From Raillietiella orientalis (Eukaryota), in NCBI GenBank assembly GCA_036172245.1, contig JAYWIR010000066.1, positions 434,001-498,000 on the forward strand: a stretch of 64,000 bases of DNA. The letters run 5' to 3'. The translations under genes and the position numbers were made by a program. The notes under the pieces are model-generated. The model saw only the letters and a program-made list of their open reading frames with translations. It had not been told where the DNA came from and made no database searches. Positions 1 to 12,400 of this stretch are shown piece by piece (position 1 is the first letter of the stretch; the number at the start of each line of letters is the position of its first letter).

Positions 1-1183
1 CTGTGCAAGAACTGCAGTTAGCCGAAAAAGTGGTCAATCCGTTGTTTCGTGTTGGGGGCACTTCGTGAGTAAACGGGAAAATGTTTCGGTGTTTTTTTTT
101 TTTTTTTTTTCCCCCCCTTTTTCCTTTCCTCTGCTTGTTGCCGAGGTGCCGCTCGTGCGTTTACCGTGGCTGGGGGGATGCCGCCGGCGTTCGGCCACCC
201 CCACCCCCCTCCCCCAAGTGAATTCCTTCCTGGCTTCTCCTCTTTTTCGCGTGGTGGTCCACCCGTGGATCGTTTCCGGCGATGCCCGTTTCAAGTTTCT
301 CATGCAAGCCATTCCGTTTGCATTCGGTTTTGATTTTGTCATCGGTTTGGGTGAGGCACATTTTCCGAACGTGTGGGGTACACTCCACAACCAAGCCAAA
401 GAAGACTTGGACCCGGTTTCACTTTCTTGCTGTGCTCATGGAATTCCACTTTCCGTATTTTAATAACACAACCAAAAATCTCCGAGTATTTCTCTGCGCA
501 CAGCATGTTTAATACCAGCTGTGGAAGTAAATGTTCAAGTTTAGACGCCTCTAATTTTACATTTAATTTTGCTCACGTACAATGATTGCTTAGAGTTAAG
601 TGTTACATTGCAAAGAAGTCATAAATGAGATGTATTTTTTTTTTCTTGTATGTTAACACTTATAATTAGTCTAGTTTGTGATTTTGTCTGCTGCGTGCGT
701 GCTGTCACGAGATGTTTATCACACCGAAATGATGTGTACAAAAAAGTCATATTGCTACTTAAAAATTGCCTCATTCTATTAAATCATTTCCTTGCTTAAA
801 CCTGAAAAAAGATGCGTGCCATCTGGTATTGTTTTCCAGCTATGCATCAGCAGCATAGCTAGAAAAATGAGTGCATTTTCTGTTGTGGACATTTCGTTTT
901 TGAAAACAACAGAAGTCTTTGACTCAATGTATACCAGTCTATAATTTCAGATTTAGCAAGGTAATTTATGAAAATCTTTGTAAAATGAAGTCTTTTTGGT
1001 TTTTGAAACAACATGTATGAACATTGGTTGCTCATTAGAAAAGTTTATATCACTGCTAAATTTATTTAGAAATGATTATTTATACAGTTTTATTTTTTTC
1101 CAATTTACTGATGCATTATTTCCCCTTTTTTTTGTTTTTTTTTTGTTTTTTTTTACGTTTCAATCCTAGATCTGACATTGATA

Positions 1184-4100
1184 ATGCTGAAATTAAAAAA
1201 GCGAAAACAGAATAAAAAGAAGAAGGAAGATTTATTTGATCCAGCTGAGTTAGAAAAGTACAGAGAGCAACGTGAAAAAAATCTTGAGAATTCTACTCTT
1301 GAAAGTGAAGAATGGCAACATTTTAGATTGCTCACATCAGGTGTTGATAAAAACTTAAGTGAAACTCAGAAAAATCTTTCTCTCATAAAATCCGGTAGCT
1401 TTTTCCATGTAAAATCACAAGGGCCACTTTCTTTAAATCATGACTCTGAAGCTCCAAAAAAATCATGGATTCAAGATTTTGATTCAGAAGCAGATAAATT
1501 TGGCAGATCTAATGTGACTGAGTCTAGTGTTAAATTAGATAAAAATCATAGTGAGCATAAATTTGAGGCAGACCTAAATTTACAGAATGTAAATGTAAAT
1601 AATGCATCTGAGCATAGTGATTTTTGTGAAGCACCTGATGTTTGCAAAAGTTTAGATTTGTATACTTCATCTGCTGATCCTTTTGATACATCTGTAGTTG
1701 ACCAAATCAGGGAAAAAGCTTTGCATTTGAAAAATCAGCAAGAAGTTTTGAATAATAAAGGTGTTTCTTTTGGAACCAGTGTTATTTCATTGTTAGCAAA
1801 CATCTCTGGAGGTAATGAACAGTGTGTTATCAGTACTGATGAAAAGGAAAATAAAAAGGCTTGTGCAGAGTATGAGAAAGAAATACATCATGAATTCTTC
1901 GTAAGTTCAGTGGTTTCCTTAATTAGCAAGTATACTTGTTGGAAACATTTAATAGATTACACCCCTTTTTAAAAAAATTAATGATTACCTTTATAATTTT
2001 GAGGTGCCATTTAATCATTTTTAACTGAGTGTGGACTAAATAAAACCTGTTTAGTTTTCTCCGAGCTAAACAAATAAGCTGCTTAATTTTGCATTTTAAT
2101 GACATGGTAGCTTTCATGTTTTCAGCACTGTAATGCTATTTTAATGGTTATTATATAGCCACACGCTGGAGTCAGTTCATAAAACACCTAACCTGATTCT
2201 GGTTTAATTCATTGAGAATTGCATATATTTTATTTTGAGAACTTGTTAATTAAAAACTGTCAGATGCTAAATGACGGTTCTGTAATTTTATTGTAAAGAT
2301 ACATGTGATGAATGCTTGATTTCTTAATTGATTCATGTGTTAAAAATTTCCTAGGATAGTATTTTAAAGCATCAGTTTTTGCAATCTTAATTTTTGATAT
2401 AAATGAACCTCAGTGTTGATTGTGTGTTGAATTTCATAATATTGAAAGATGTATGAATCGATGGAATGGAATTGGTTTGAAAGTGCTAGGTTTGAAACTC
2501 TCCTCAACTAAATAATCAGAAACCAAGTGAGGAGAAACTTCTTTGAGCACTCGAATTTTCCTAACTGCTTTCTAATTTTACTAACCGAGTTGCTTCATTA
2601 CTCTTTATATGCTTTTTTTTTTGGTTGCAAATTTGCTCAGTGTTGAAAGCAGAGAATTCTTGTATGAAGCTTGAAACATGATTCTCTAGTTTTAGTTGCA
2701 TGATGTTGATGTAGTGTTATCCCTTTTCATGAATTCATTCCTATGTACTAAGTATGGAAAGAAATACCAGTTCCAAAGTTTTTTTGGGGGTTGCACACTT
2801 CTGTGTTGCCTCTTTTTATTGAGTTTCATAAGTTTGCTGTGTGACCACCAAGAATAAGTAATTTTTTGTTGTTTGCTTGGTTTGTCTTTGCTTAACAATT
2901 CTGAGGAAATAAGTATGATTTTAATCCATATTAGAAATTTAAATTAAGCTTTAATGTGGTACCTACCCAACATAAATGCTTTGAATTATTTTTGGGGTAA
3001 CCATACCTTGCTATGTTGAGCTTCATTGTGATTCTCTACTGCTTTCTGCCCTTTAACTGGAATCATTTAACCTACATTCATAACTCATTTCAAGATAATA
3101 TTGTACCCATTGTTATGCATATCAAAATTGCCCAGAATGTGTGATTATCATTGAATTCGAAGATGTAGCCCTTTGAACAATAGGATTTTTTTTTTTTTTT
3201 TTAATTTGCTGTTTTGTGTAGAAATGTTGAATAGCTCATACAACCTATCAGATTCGAATGCAATTTTGACATTGTTTGTCTAAAATAGTTTGAAGATGTA
3301 CTTGGAGTAAGCCAATTTTTCATTAAAGCAAGTTTTGTGAAAAAACTAGTGGATTTAATAGAGGATAATAAATGCAGTTGTTTCTACTCTAGATGTTTAA
3401 ATGTTGTATTTTAATAGGAATTCTCTTACATATTCATGTAACTGTTCATGATATTTTATGGAAATTTATAATATGGTGTTGCAAATTTCACCTACAGAAT
3501 AATACTGTTTTGCATGTAATCTATAAGATTATTGAGTTCCTTAAAGCCTATTAAAAAATTTTTTAGCAAATTGCTGTCTCGAAATATACATTTCTTTAGT
3601 CATTTCGTGAATATTGGGTGTGATATGTATTAAGGATGACCTTGAAAGACTTAGAATAAATTATCATTAATATTTTTTATTTTTAATAAATGTGTTTTAA
3701 AACTATTTTATCATCCATAATTATTTCATTTACTTTTGTAGGAAACGGATTGCAGACATCAACAGAGTGATACCGTCAAGGAACAGATCTTCCAAAAATC
3801 TGCTGAAGGAAGTCTGGTGAACAGGAAAAACTTTAAGTCTAGACATAGTGTTTCAGACAATGGTGTAGCTTCAAATGTTGAAACTATTGACGAGGAAAAA
3901 AAACAAAATACTCTAAGTAGATTAAGTTCTGATTTGCTCTCAATAACTTCAAAAGGCTCTATCATTGCCAATTCCAAATGTGACAGCATTTATAAAAGTG
4001 CGAGAGCCTTGAATCCTTATGTTTATCCTATTGAGAAGGAGCTTCATGATTCATATGCCCATCCTGATTGCAATTTGCTAGATTTGCAAAAAGATCCATT

Positions 4101-4590
4101 TGATACAAACGAAATAGATGTTTTGTTAGATAAAAATAAGTCTTCATCTGATGGTTTGCATGCATTTACCCACTCCAATGAAAATGACACTATGTTCCAG
4201 GAATCAACTTTGAACAGTGCTCAGAACTACATTGATATCTGCAGAATACTGTCCGATTTAAGTATTGAAACTCAAGTGCAATCAGTAGATCCTTGTAAGG
4301 ATGATATATCTAAGGAAAATATAAATGATGATAGTCAGTTCCAAGTGTGTGATCCTTTTGATACTACTCATGTTTGTCATGTACTCGAAGGGAAAGCTTC
4401 TTTAGTTTGCCTGGAAAAAAAAAAAAGTATTATTACGGATACAGATACCGTATTGGTTTCTTCGTCTCAGTCTGAGCAAGAAAGTGTATCTGATTACAGC
4501 AGACCACCATTTAAATCTGAAGAGGATTTTATTGCTTTTGAAAAGGATCCTTTTGATACATCCAGAATTGAAAAGTTATTAAATGATTAA
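1184..4590 (+). CDS. stnA: Stoned-A (AP-2-binding endocytic protein), first cistron; exons 1184-1900 and 3742-4590, ~521 aa
   Basis: The N-terminus MLKLKKRKQNKKKKEDLFDPAELEKYR and the block EEWQHFRLLTSGVDKNLSETQKNLSLIK resemble insect Stoned-A. Four DPFDT motifs are present. A phase-0 intron (ttc|gtaagt at 1901; ttttgtag|gaa at 3742) joins the two ORF-track ORFs. TAA at 4588-4590. Confidence 0.9.
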
Positions 4591-4630
4591 GCATTGCATT
4601 TGTTGAAGCAGTTAAAGTCGTGAAACAATC

Positions 4631-7600
4631 ATGGCATCTGGAAAAGAGAATCTTAATCCTTTTATGACTTCAGATACAGATGATGAACACAACTTAAATT
4701 ACATTCGTAATTCAACTAATCCATTTTTAGATTTCTTAGATGATCCACAAACTAGTTATGTTTCTGCTTCAAATATGAATCCTGTTGCTCCTAATACGTT
4801 TGTGATAAATGATAAGCTAAATGAAAAAGAATTCCTGGATCCATTGAGTTATGGTGATTATCAGAGTGTGAAAAATTCCGAGTGCAACACCATATATTCG
4901 CAAGAAGAGACCAATAAGAAGAAAAGTAATCTCGAATTGATTTTAAAAACGAAGAATCTGATCACCAGTGTTACTGATGTTCTAGAATTTAATGCAAATT
5001 CTTTAGTTGATAGATATGCTATGGCTAGAACACCTGTGCAATTTAATGACTTAAATGTGTTCCCCGTAAAGAGCACAAAAACTGATGAATTGCATGATGA
5101 AGTTTTATTTACGAATTCAAATCTTACGCAGAGTATGAGCAACGATTCTTACTTACATAAGTCTTCTCATCAAGAACACATTGAAGATGCCAACTTTTCG
5201 GATAGCCCAAATGTGAACGTTGGAAACAAAGATGGGTTTCAAGATGATGAAAAATTAGATAAAATGTTTTCCAAAGAGTGCATTCCAAATTCGTCAGTCT
5301 CTTACGAAACTCCTTTTGTAGTCAATCAGTCGCCATTTCCACTGCATAGTACGGGAGCTGCCTTATTCAGTACAGGAGCTACTATATTTGGTGATGTAGC
5401 AGCAAACAAGGAACCACAAGTAGAAGATCTGCTAGGGGTGGGAATATTTGAAGATTCAACACGAAAAGATTTTAGAGAAACTTCTGCTGATCTCCTTACT
5501 TCTGAAGATTTAATTCTTGATTCCACGCAAGAATTGTTGAATGTGTTTTCTCAACCAAGTGCAACAGCTGGCATTCATAGCTCACCTGATTCAATTATCA
5601 GTGAAGAAAATAGCGAAACAGATGATAATGAGAGCATCAGACACTTCAGTATTCACTCTGAACATGCAGAGGTGGATGACAAATGTGCTGATTCCTGTTT
5701 TGAAGAACAAGATGAGAATGCTTTAGGTAAAGTAATATTTCTAATTGGGAAAGTTAAACAAAGGCCCTCATGATAAGTTTTTCCTCTGAGTAATAATCTC
5801 CTTGTAACAGGGTATTGAAACTTTCAACAGTCATTTTGTAAATACTGACCATTATTGTAAGCTTTATGAAGACAGTTGAATTTCTTGAGTTAACTAGTTG
5901 TATTCTACTCTTCTTCAACAGCATGGGGAGGAAATTTCCAAGAGAACTCTTGCCAGGGTTTTGATGATGATGCTTTTGATGCATTTATAAATTCTGATTT
6001 TCCTTCTGAGCAGAGTAATGTGGAATTGCAAAAGTAAGTTTGAGTAATGGAACTTGTTTATAACTGAAAACTTTTGTTGTTATATATAAAAAAAACTAAT
6101 TGCATTTTAGGTTAGGTATTCATTTGGATGATGATGAGTCGTGCTTGCCAGTACACAGAGATGCCACACTGTGTGAGTTTTCGGAGGCAACTCATGCATT
6201 TTCCAAGGATGAAAAAATTTCCAGCTATGAACCAGTTGTTGCAGACTTTACTGGTAATGGTTGTTTTTACTCGACTTTTATGTTCCAAATTATGAAGATG
6301 GGAAAACATCTGAGCAAAGTTTATGCAGTATGGAAGAAAGGCCACCAACCCCTCTTTTCGATGAGGATATGTCTCACCCATTAGAAAAATTTCCATATTC
6401 ATGCATTCATGTGGATGGTTGGGAAATGTATTTAAGACAACCTTGTAAGAAAAAAATAACAGGACAGAGGTGAATTCAGTTTCATTCTTAGTAGAATCAA
6501 GAAAATTCCGTTTCATAACTTTTGGACATATAAAACAATTTTTGCACCATATGCAGTTTTCTGTTTGTGTTGTTTTATATTGTAAGTGTTGTCAAACTTT
6601 ATGTATTTTGCCAGATTCTGGAGAAAAGTTTTTGTGAAGCTCACAGACAAATTTGTTCTGCAGTTATTTCATGATCGGCGTTGTGAAGAATTGTATCATG
6701 AGTTGCCATTGCAGTCTTCTTATGTACTATCAGATATCGGTAATTTTATTTGTTTAAAGAATCGCTCTCCTATAACCAAATCTTCAAAGGAGCACAACAT
6801 TTTGACCAGTTTGGAAAAATTTTTACTCTGAAGATTCATTATGTTTTTTACAAAGAAAAGCCTGGACTACGTCCTGGGCAAATGTCCAAAGCTGAACGAC
6901 TAACTAGCAAAATCTCGAAGGTTGCTAATTATGCTATACAGGGTGATTATGAGGGAGTGAAGGAATTTGGAAGTGATTTGAAAAAGTTGGGTTTGCCAAT
7001 AGAACATTCACCCCAGGTATTTTTCTGAAAAATGCAAAACCATGCTTGGTTGTATGTGGGTTTTTTTGAGCCCAGCATTTTTTTTTTGATTTATTATTAA
7101 TCTCTGGTCTAATTGTTTACAGATAACTGAACTCCTAAAGCTTGGAACCCAAAATTACTTTGAACTCAGAGAATTAAGCTATGCAATTGAAGATTCTCTT
7201 TTCCACATGAACATTGAAAGCAGCAATGTTGGAAATTATAAAACTGAGGAAGTTCAGTTAACTTGTATGGATGAAGTCTTTATCCATGTTGATAAAGAAG
7301 GCATTACTCGAGAACACTTAGCAAGAGTTCGAATATTTTTATTGGCTTTTCTTTCTGGTAAGTGCCAATGAATCTTTCACTACTCTTACTGAAGGAAATA
7401 AAATTTCGTTATTCTTATGGTTTTGTGCCCAAGATTGGCAATCCTCAATAGGACTAAAAAATTTTATTTCAAGTTTTTTTACTTTTGTTTCGATTTGTTT
7501 TCCATGACTTAATTTGCACTGATGATTTAAAAATTCTGACATTTGAATTTCTACGAAATTTTGGTGTAATTTTCGTTTCCATGTATGGTTTTGTAATTGT

Positions 7601-8849
7601 CTATCCACTTGATTGTATGCTGCATAATGAAGTGTGAAATGGAACACAAGGAATCATTGCGATTTTGATTATGCATTATATTAAATGTTTCCCATGGTAC
7701 ATTACTTCTAGGAATGCCATCTATGGATGTTGGTATTAATGACTTAGTCCGTCAGGGGAAAGAAGTAGTTGGACGCCATGATATTCTACCTGTTGCAACG
7801 GAAGAATGGATTCGTCTTGAAGAAGTAGAATTTCATTCCTGTGTAAAGCAGCAGGAATTCGACCTAAATCGCACAATTAGGTTTGTATAAAAAAGGTTTA
7901 TTATTTATCTATGTATTGTGTATTATTAGGTGTCGACCTCCAGATGCTTGTTATATAGAGCTAATGAGATTTCGGATTAGACCTCCAAGAAATAGAGAAC
8001 TCCCGCTGCAGCTAAAAGCGACATGGAACATTCAAGGAAGAAAGGTAAATTTTGTTTTTACCAATCAGAGTACTGTTACTTTTCTTTAGGTGGAATTGTC
8101 AAGTACAGTGATAGTCCCTGGAGTGATTAGTACCAAAATGGGAATCATTCCATGTGAAGATGTGATGATTAATTTTCCTTTGCCAGAGTGCTGGATATAT
8201 CTTTTCAGAGTCGAAAAACATTTTCGTTACGGTTCAGTGAAATCAGCCCATCGAAGGTGAGTAATTTCTTCTGAAAAAGTCTTAATTAAGTAACGTTTTT
8301 TTTGTTTTTCTGTAGGACGGGAAAAATAAAGGGATTTGAAAGAATTCTTGGAGTTGTGGAAAGTATACAAGAAAGCATTATGGAAACATCATCAGGACAA
8401 GCAAAATATGAACATCACTTTAAGGGGATTGTCTGGCGTATTCCTAGACTTCCAAAGGAAGGTCAAGGTAATTTTAACGTCACATATTGATTTTCGGTAA
8501 TTCATGCATTTTAGGAGCATACACAAGTCACACATTTGTTTGTCGCCTCAACCTCAGTGCATATGATCAAATTCCTGATACATTTGACACAAAATGCCTG
8601 GTGAAATTTACCATGCCTTGGACTACATCTTCCCATTGTGTTATCAGATCTCTGTCTTTAAATCAGTCATCATTACCAGAAAAATTTGTTAAATACTTAG
8701 CACATTATGAGTACAATGTGGATATGGTTGTTGAGCATAGCTCACCAACTGTATCAGATTACCTTGCAGCTACTTTGACTAGTACTCAAGCTCCAATACA
8801 GGAAACATTGGACACCATGCAGTCTTCCACTCATATTGAACATAGTTAA
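4631..8849 (+). CDS. stnB: Stoned-B / stonin (NPF motifs, stonin-homology and mu-homology domain), second cistron; approximate exons 4631-~5731, ~5922-6033, 6111-6253, 6298-6468, 6615-6739, 6790-7016, 7123-7357, 7712-7880, 7930-8044, 8090-8256, 8316-8467, 8515-8849
   Basis: ATG in strong context (acaatcATGg) and two N-terminal NPF motifs. Conserved stonin blocks: PPTPLFDED, GWEMYLRQP.KKKITGQRFWRKV, RPPDACYIELMRFR, AKYEHHFKGIVWRIPRLPKEGQGAY, PEKFVKYLAHYEY. GT-AG introns restore frame from 6111 onward; the first junction(s) at 5726-5922 are ambiguous. Confidence 0.92.
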
Positions 8850-9430
8850 TTTTTATTTATTGAATTAACTACAGCATACCACAGTGAGCAAGTTCCTCTA
8901 GTTAAAATGCTTTATTTATTTTCATGTTGGTGTTTTTGATGTGTTTGAAAATCTTGGCAACTTAGTGCCATGCAGCAGTACCAAAGAAATCATGGAGGCA
9001 ACCATTATTGAACTGTACATAGGTGGATGTGCCACCAGAGTGCAATCTAGTCATGTGTACATAACATCCTCGTTTGGTGATCCTTTATTTTGTGCTAGTC
9101 GTGCTATTCATATCATTATTGGTGTCATTTTGAAAATACGCTACCTGTGCATATGTTTATTTTTTTTAATGTGTTGTAAAGTTTAGATATTATATAATAG
9201 TATTATATATTTACCCAATATAGATGTATATGTCATTAAGTCACTATACTTATTTCTGATGCATGTGGTTTTTTCATAGTGCTTAAAAAATGCTGCCTTG
9301 TGAATATGCAACTTCATTATACTACATGCTAATCATTTTTATTATGTAACCACTGTTGCTTGAAAATATAGGTACATTACATTCATCAAATCTTCCAGAA
9401 GCCGTAGTTCTGTGGCCTTTTTTCTCAAGA

Positions 9431-12400
9431 TTACTGTGAATTCTCATTGATACTTTCCATAGAATCTAATCGATTTTTTTTCCAACGTATTTTTTTAAAG
9501 TATTTTTTGCAGCGTGATTTCTTATCAGCATGGTCATTGAAAGTATTATTTACACAGAAACTATCCTGGAACATAATCGTGAAATAATTTTAAAAGGCAT
9601 AAATTTCAAGTTTTTAAACATGTACAGCTTAAAGATAGGGATGGAAACAATCATTGTTTGTATTTTCAACTTGGTTAACGATGAATTGCAAAACTGTTTT
9701 ATAAATGCTTTGTGGGAAGGCATGAATGAGCTGTGTGGGAAAACAATCTTTTCTGATGGGTCCATAATACCTCACAGTTGGGGTCTCTACATTTGCAGAC
9801 AACTATTCATTATTTGATGAGAAGACTCACTGACTCCAAAGTGCATTAATCCAAATATTTATAACTAACACTTTCAAGAATTTGATCATACACTAACATT
9901 ACTGTTAAATAAATAACCTTTCCAAATATCTCAGAAACAGAATTGATCCCATATGCAATTCTGTAACTTATGTGTATTTGTCAGGTATTCTTAATAATAA
10001 TTTATTTAAATACAAATATGTAACAAGGTTACACATAAGATTAATACTAACATCAACAAACCGATTGTTGAAAGAAAGGAAAAAAACGAACGAAAACAAT
10101 ACACAAGGTTAGTGTAGAATGAGGCCACATTTGCAGATCTGTTCTACATTACAAAACCTCAGAGCAAAAACAACCTAGCAAACAACATGGATGCGCAGAA
10201 TCCCAATTTGTTATAAACCAGATGCTAATTACATTTCTGAAAACTGAAGACATCTTGCAAATATTAGATACATTTATACATCATATACACCACACATACA
10301 CCTGCTCAAGGGTGAAAAATCCATCTGCCACTTTTGTGTACATTTCTCATGATAATAAAGATGCATTTAATGAAATCAATTTACATTTCTATAAGAATCA
10401 TTTATCATGAAACCAGAGTATTTTAGGTCTAAAAGATTAGTACTGATGAGAAGTTGTGGGAAGGCATGAATGAACCATGTGGGAAAACAATCCTTTCTGA
10501 TGGCTCAATAAAACCTCACAGTTGGGGTCTCTACATTCACTGATAACTATTCATTATTTGATGAGTAGACTCATTGACCTCCAATTACTGTAACTTTAAA
10601 AAAGCTTCAGATTCAAGTTTAGTTGAAAAGCAAGGGAAAGAAGACTTTTTTTTGTTGAAATTTCCATTTCAACAAAAAAAAGTCTTCTTTCAGTTTCCTT
10701 CCACACTATTAAAATTAAACATCAGATGTGTTTAAAACAGTCCTCAGTTATTCGAAGAGATTAAGTTACCAATTCTTCTCACTGAAGCAAAACAAAGACG
10801 ATTTTCACCTTTTCCACAGTAAGTAAACATACATCAAAGCGTATGAAAAAGAATCAAAGAGTATTTTTAAGAAACCAGTGAACATTCTGTTCTTTGAGCA
10901 ATGCTTCCTTTGAAGGCTTTATGTTCATATTTGAATCTTTGAATTCCATCATTTTCTATTACTATTTTAGATCACTAGTTACTGAATGCTTCTTGAAAAT
11001 ACTCTTTTTCAGTAACTAGTAATCTAGAAACGTTTCAAAGATGACTGTAATAGAAAATGATGGAATTCAAAGATTCAAATATGAACATAAAAGCCTTCAA
11101 AGGAAGCATTGCTCAAAAAGCTATTCTGACAGAATGTTCACTGGTTTCATGACAGAAATGTGTAATTCATGTGTACAATTATAAAATGTAACAAGGATTT
11201 TAACATGCATGCATGGATTCTAACAAGCTGAATAAATATCCAAAAGCAAACCAGCATGTATCCTGAGGCTTGTGTATTGCTCTGCTGAGAACCATCATCG
11301 TTTCTGCCATCAAACTGAAGTCTGTATCTGTTATGATACAAAGGAGGGCTTTTGACTGAACGGAGATAGATAGCCTTCATACTGATAACCATAACAAAAT
11401 GAGCTTGCGAATATTATTCCTTACTCTGTATCTGGTGAAATCTGTTGCCCATCATCAATGAAACTGTTATGTAACTGACTGATGGGATCTTCATCACCAT
11501 CACTAGATCCACCTGATACACTTGCCTCCAAATCGAAAAAATACTCCTAACAAAAAACATGAAAGATTTGTATCATCATCATACAAAATGAGCATCACCT
11601 TTCTTCTCTTCTTTAATTTGTGATCATGAATGGAAAAAGCAGCATTACGTTCTCTATTTTGGGCAACTGATGAAGAGCATTCTTTTGTGTCATTCTTAAC
11701 TGAACACAGACTCTGAATTCTTTCCTCATTATTGCTTTCAATTCTTTCTGTATTTTTCATATTTGCATCTGTTACTTTGATACATGTAGACTCAAAATTG
11801 CAAACATCATCAAATAAAGTGAAATCTACTTCCATGTCAATCTTCTTATGATCTACTGATTCGCTAAACACTTCACTGTGGCATGTCACATCCTTTCCAG
11901 AATCAGAAGGCAAATCGTTGAGAGCTACATGACTTGTATTCAAACGAGATTTTTGGCACTGCAAGACTGCATCGTCTAATCCCGTCCACAACCCTAAATC
12001 AAATGTCTGCTCAAATAACTCATCTTTGTGTGTTTGTAAACACGTTTTCTGACAAGTTATCTCAATGTTAGGTGAGTTCAAAAGAAAGCTATCTGGAGGA
12101 TGCTTAATGGACACCTGCCCACAATACTGGGATGAATCTGATAAAATCCGAGAAAACAATGTATCTAATGCCTCCCACAATAAATCACTTGAAGTTGATT
12201 CTGTATTTGTTTCTTCATGAATATTAGCTAAAAAAAAAAAATGACTTGTAAATCAACGAAGTTTCAAGCATATAAAGCACTCACTTTGGCTGAAATCATT
12301 GAGCGCACTGCAACTAAAAATGTTATCCTTCATTTCTTCTTGACCAATCAGACTGATAAAATGAACTAAACCTTCTGACTTGATGGAGTGAGAAACAAAG

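Noticed and set aside
34..585. Overlapping ORFs at the window start
   Set aside because: They arise from GC-rich and poly-T sequence upstream of stoned and show no recognisable domain; likely promoter, 5'UTR or first intron.
4588..4633. Stop-codon readthrough fusing Stoned-A and Stoned-B
   Set aside because: The spacer is 40 nt, so the ORFs are out of frame, and the stop is TAA-G, not a leaky TGA-C context.
9710..10584. Duplicated coding exons of FANCM (for example a hidden ERCC4 domain)
   Set aside because: Minus-strand frames contain stops, and the donor near 11253 already joins in frame to the DSFC exon at 9565.
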